A stretch of 61,800 bases of DNA, the filler included, from Squatina squatina (lineage: Eukaryota), in the NCBI GenBank assembly GCA_031763465.1. It is 4 parts of 4 records of this genome, joined end to end, with 100 filler letters (N's around TTAATTAATTAA, not from the genome) between each part and the next. Parts side by side here need not be neighbours in the genome. Positions count along the whole stretch, not along the records: positions 49,572 to 61,800 come from JARFOE010000219.1; 3 more parts are not named here. One strand, written 5' to 3'. The notes beneath the pieces were generated by a model. It saw only the letters and a program-made list of their open reading frames with translations, was not told the origin of the DNA and ran no database searches. Shown here piece after piece: positions 60,008 to 61,800 of this stretch (within the stretch, counting starts at the first letter, position 1; the number at the start of each line of letters is the position of its first letter). A program made the position numbers and the translations under genes.

Positions 60008-61800
60008 NNNNNNNNNNNNNNNNNNNNNNNNNNNNNNNNNNNNNNNNNNNNNNNNNNNNNNNNNNNNNNNNNNNNNNNNNNNNNNNNNNNNNNNNNNNNN
60101 NNNNNNNGTGCAGGCAAGAGTCCTGGAAATGGGAAAATGGCAAAGCACGAGAATGAAATTGGCAAAAGGTGCTAAGTCTGCAGAAAGTACTGGTATGAAG
60201 TAGACGCATGCATATAGTCTCTCTCCCCACCCTCCGTCTCTCTCTCTCTCACACACTTGGATCTGGTTTAAATCGCTATTTTTTCCACTGAGCTCGTGTT
60301 TCGTTCTTTTTTGTGTTGGCAGCCCGCTGCTGTGAAGGGATTAAATTGTATAATTTGGAAAACAGGCATCTGCTCCAGAGCTGAGTCAGTGGCTGATTGC
60401 AGCGCTGCGCTGTTCACAACACAACTTTATCCCGATTAAAAGCAATGAAAAATGCCTCCTGGCAGCTGATGCCCCCGAGCCCCTACCTCCATCTCCTATT
60501 TTATATAGTAATACAGTACAACACTGTGACACCCCCACCCCATCATTTATTCTGGGTTTTTTTTCTTGATGATTGTTTTTCGAAGTATTCCTGTGAAATT
60601 TGGGGAATGAATCTCACAATTGAAGACTTTCTTCTTTTCACTCCAGGTGAGGTGCGAGTTTTTTTTCTGCTAATTAAAATGTGTCAGATACCTGTACTAA
60701 TTAACTTAGAAAAATGTCCGATCTATTACTGCAGGAAAAATGATCCCGACTTAATCGGTTTTAATGCTTCTGATCGAACGATGTTCGATGAATTTACGTT
60801 CCTTGAATTTTTATTTTAGCCGCCGGTGAGGTGATAGCCGATTTAGACATAAAACTATCCCGATTTTCATTGATTTATACGACTCCTCCTACTTTTCTCA
60901 AGTTCAGGAAGTGCATTTTCTCTAAAGAGTACATCTTGACCACGATATAAAAGGCGCTGGGCAAATGTAATCGGATCTATTCAGCAACGGAACTATCAAT
61001 TTTATTTAATGTAGGACAGGAGATTAACAACCGTAAGAGTAAATCGTCAGCTGAACTGCAAATCGTGGCAATTGACTGGGTATAAAAAAACCGGGTAAAA
61101 CGACATATTTTCATTCCATATTACCTGTTAGTTGCTATTTTGTAATATTGTTTTGTACAAAAAAAATACTAATCAGATCAGTAAACAAATGCCGGTGTAA
61201 GATCAGCCAGTGCCGTATCGACATAAAAGTTTGATATAATACAATATTGTCTGATAGACGTGCATACTTCAGTAGATATTTATACGTGCTCAATAATTTG
61301 CAACGTTTTAACGTGCACAGATCATCCCATAATAATCATTTTAAGATTAGTTTAAAATGTTTTAGTTCCATAGTATCCAGCTTCAGATTTTCTTTCCTAG
61401 TTTGATATTAATACACATTTTGCCAACACACTAACAGTTTGCTGACACCTAGGATATTAACATAAGCAGTCAATCAGATCCATTACTCAGAATGTAAAGC
61501 ACCCGCAGCCATGTAACTAACATTGAAACTTCTCTATTGCTCATTAATACAATATTAGAACGCTCACGGAAACTAGAATTCAATTTCTTTTCTTAGAAGA
61601 TACAATCTATCTAAAGCACTTTATGATACACTGCATAGCTCAAAGCCTGGTTTAAAGGTGGTCAGTGATCTAATACTTCCACAGGAGTGTCTTCATTTAA
61701 CCTGGCCACTAATCCGTAAGAAAAATAAATTGTTAAGCGTTCTGCTATAATTCAACATTAATACATTTAAATCGGCTATGATGTTACCGATATGAAAAAC

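Overview
Fragmentary vertebrate genomic DNA, very probably from a shark (Deu-domain SacSINE1-like SINEs; CR1/HER1, L2, RTE and Penelope fragments). The window is not one locus. Three artificial 44N-TTAATTAATTAA-44N linkers join four heavily gapped scaffolds. (1) 1-18576: four ITPR2 exons (+), the last SSPN coding exon (-), the BHLHE41 C-terminus and 3'UTR (+), and a possible LMNTD1 exon, in the known vertebrate order. (2) 18677-36261: NPTX1 (-, four of five exons visible) diverging from RPTOR (+, two exons). (3) 36362-49471: three CLCN7-like exons (-) head-to-head with five INTS15/C7orf26 exons (+). (4) 49572-61800: one DNAH11 exon (-), a 15-bp tandem array carrying E-boxes, a hAT-type MITE, a 1.75-kb 28-bp minisatellite and candidate conserved non-coding elements. 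Gene identities come from my recollection of vertebrate protein sequences, not from a database search. I found no convincing new biological system and no CRISPR or prokaryotic features. The best leads are: an ATC where the NPTX1 start ATG is expected; a divergent CLCN7-like gene next to INTS15; an out-of-frame (M)ES relic in the RPTOR leader; a BHLHE41 tail without poly-Ala; and the E-box tandem array.
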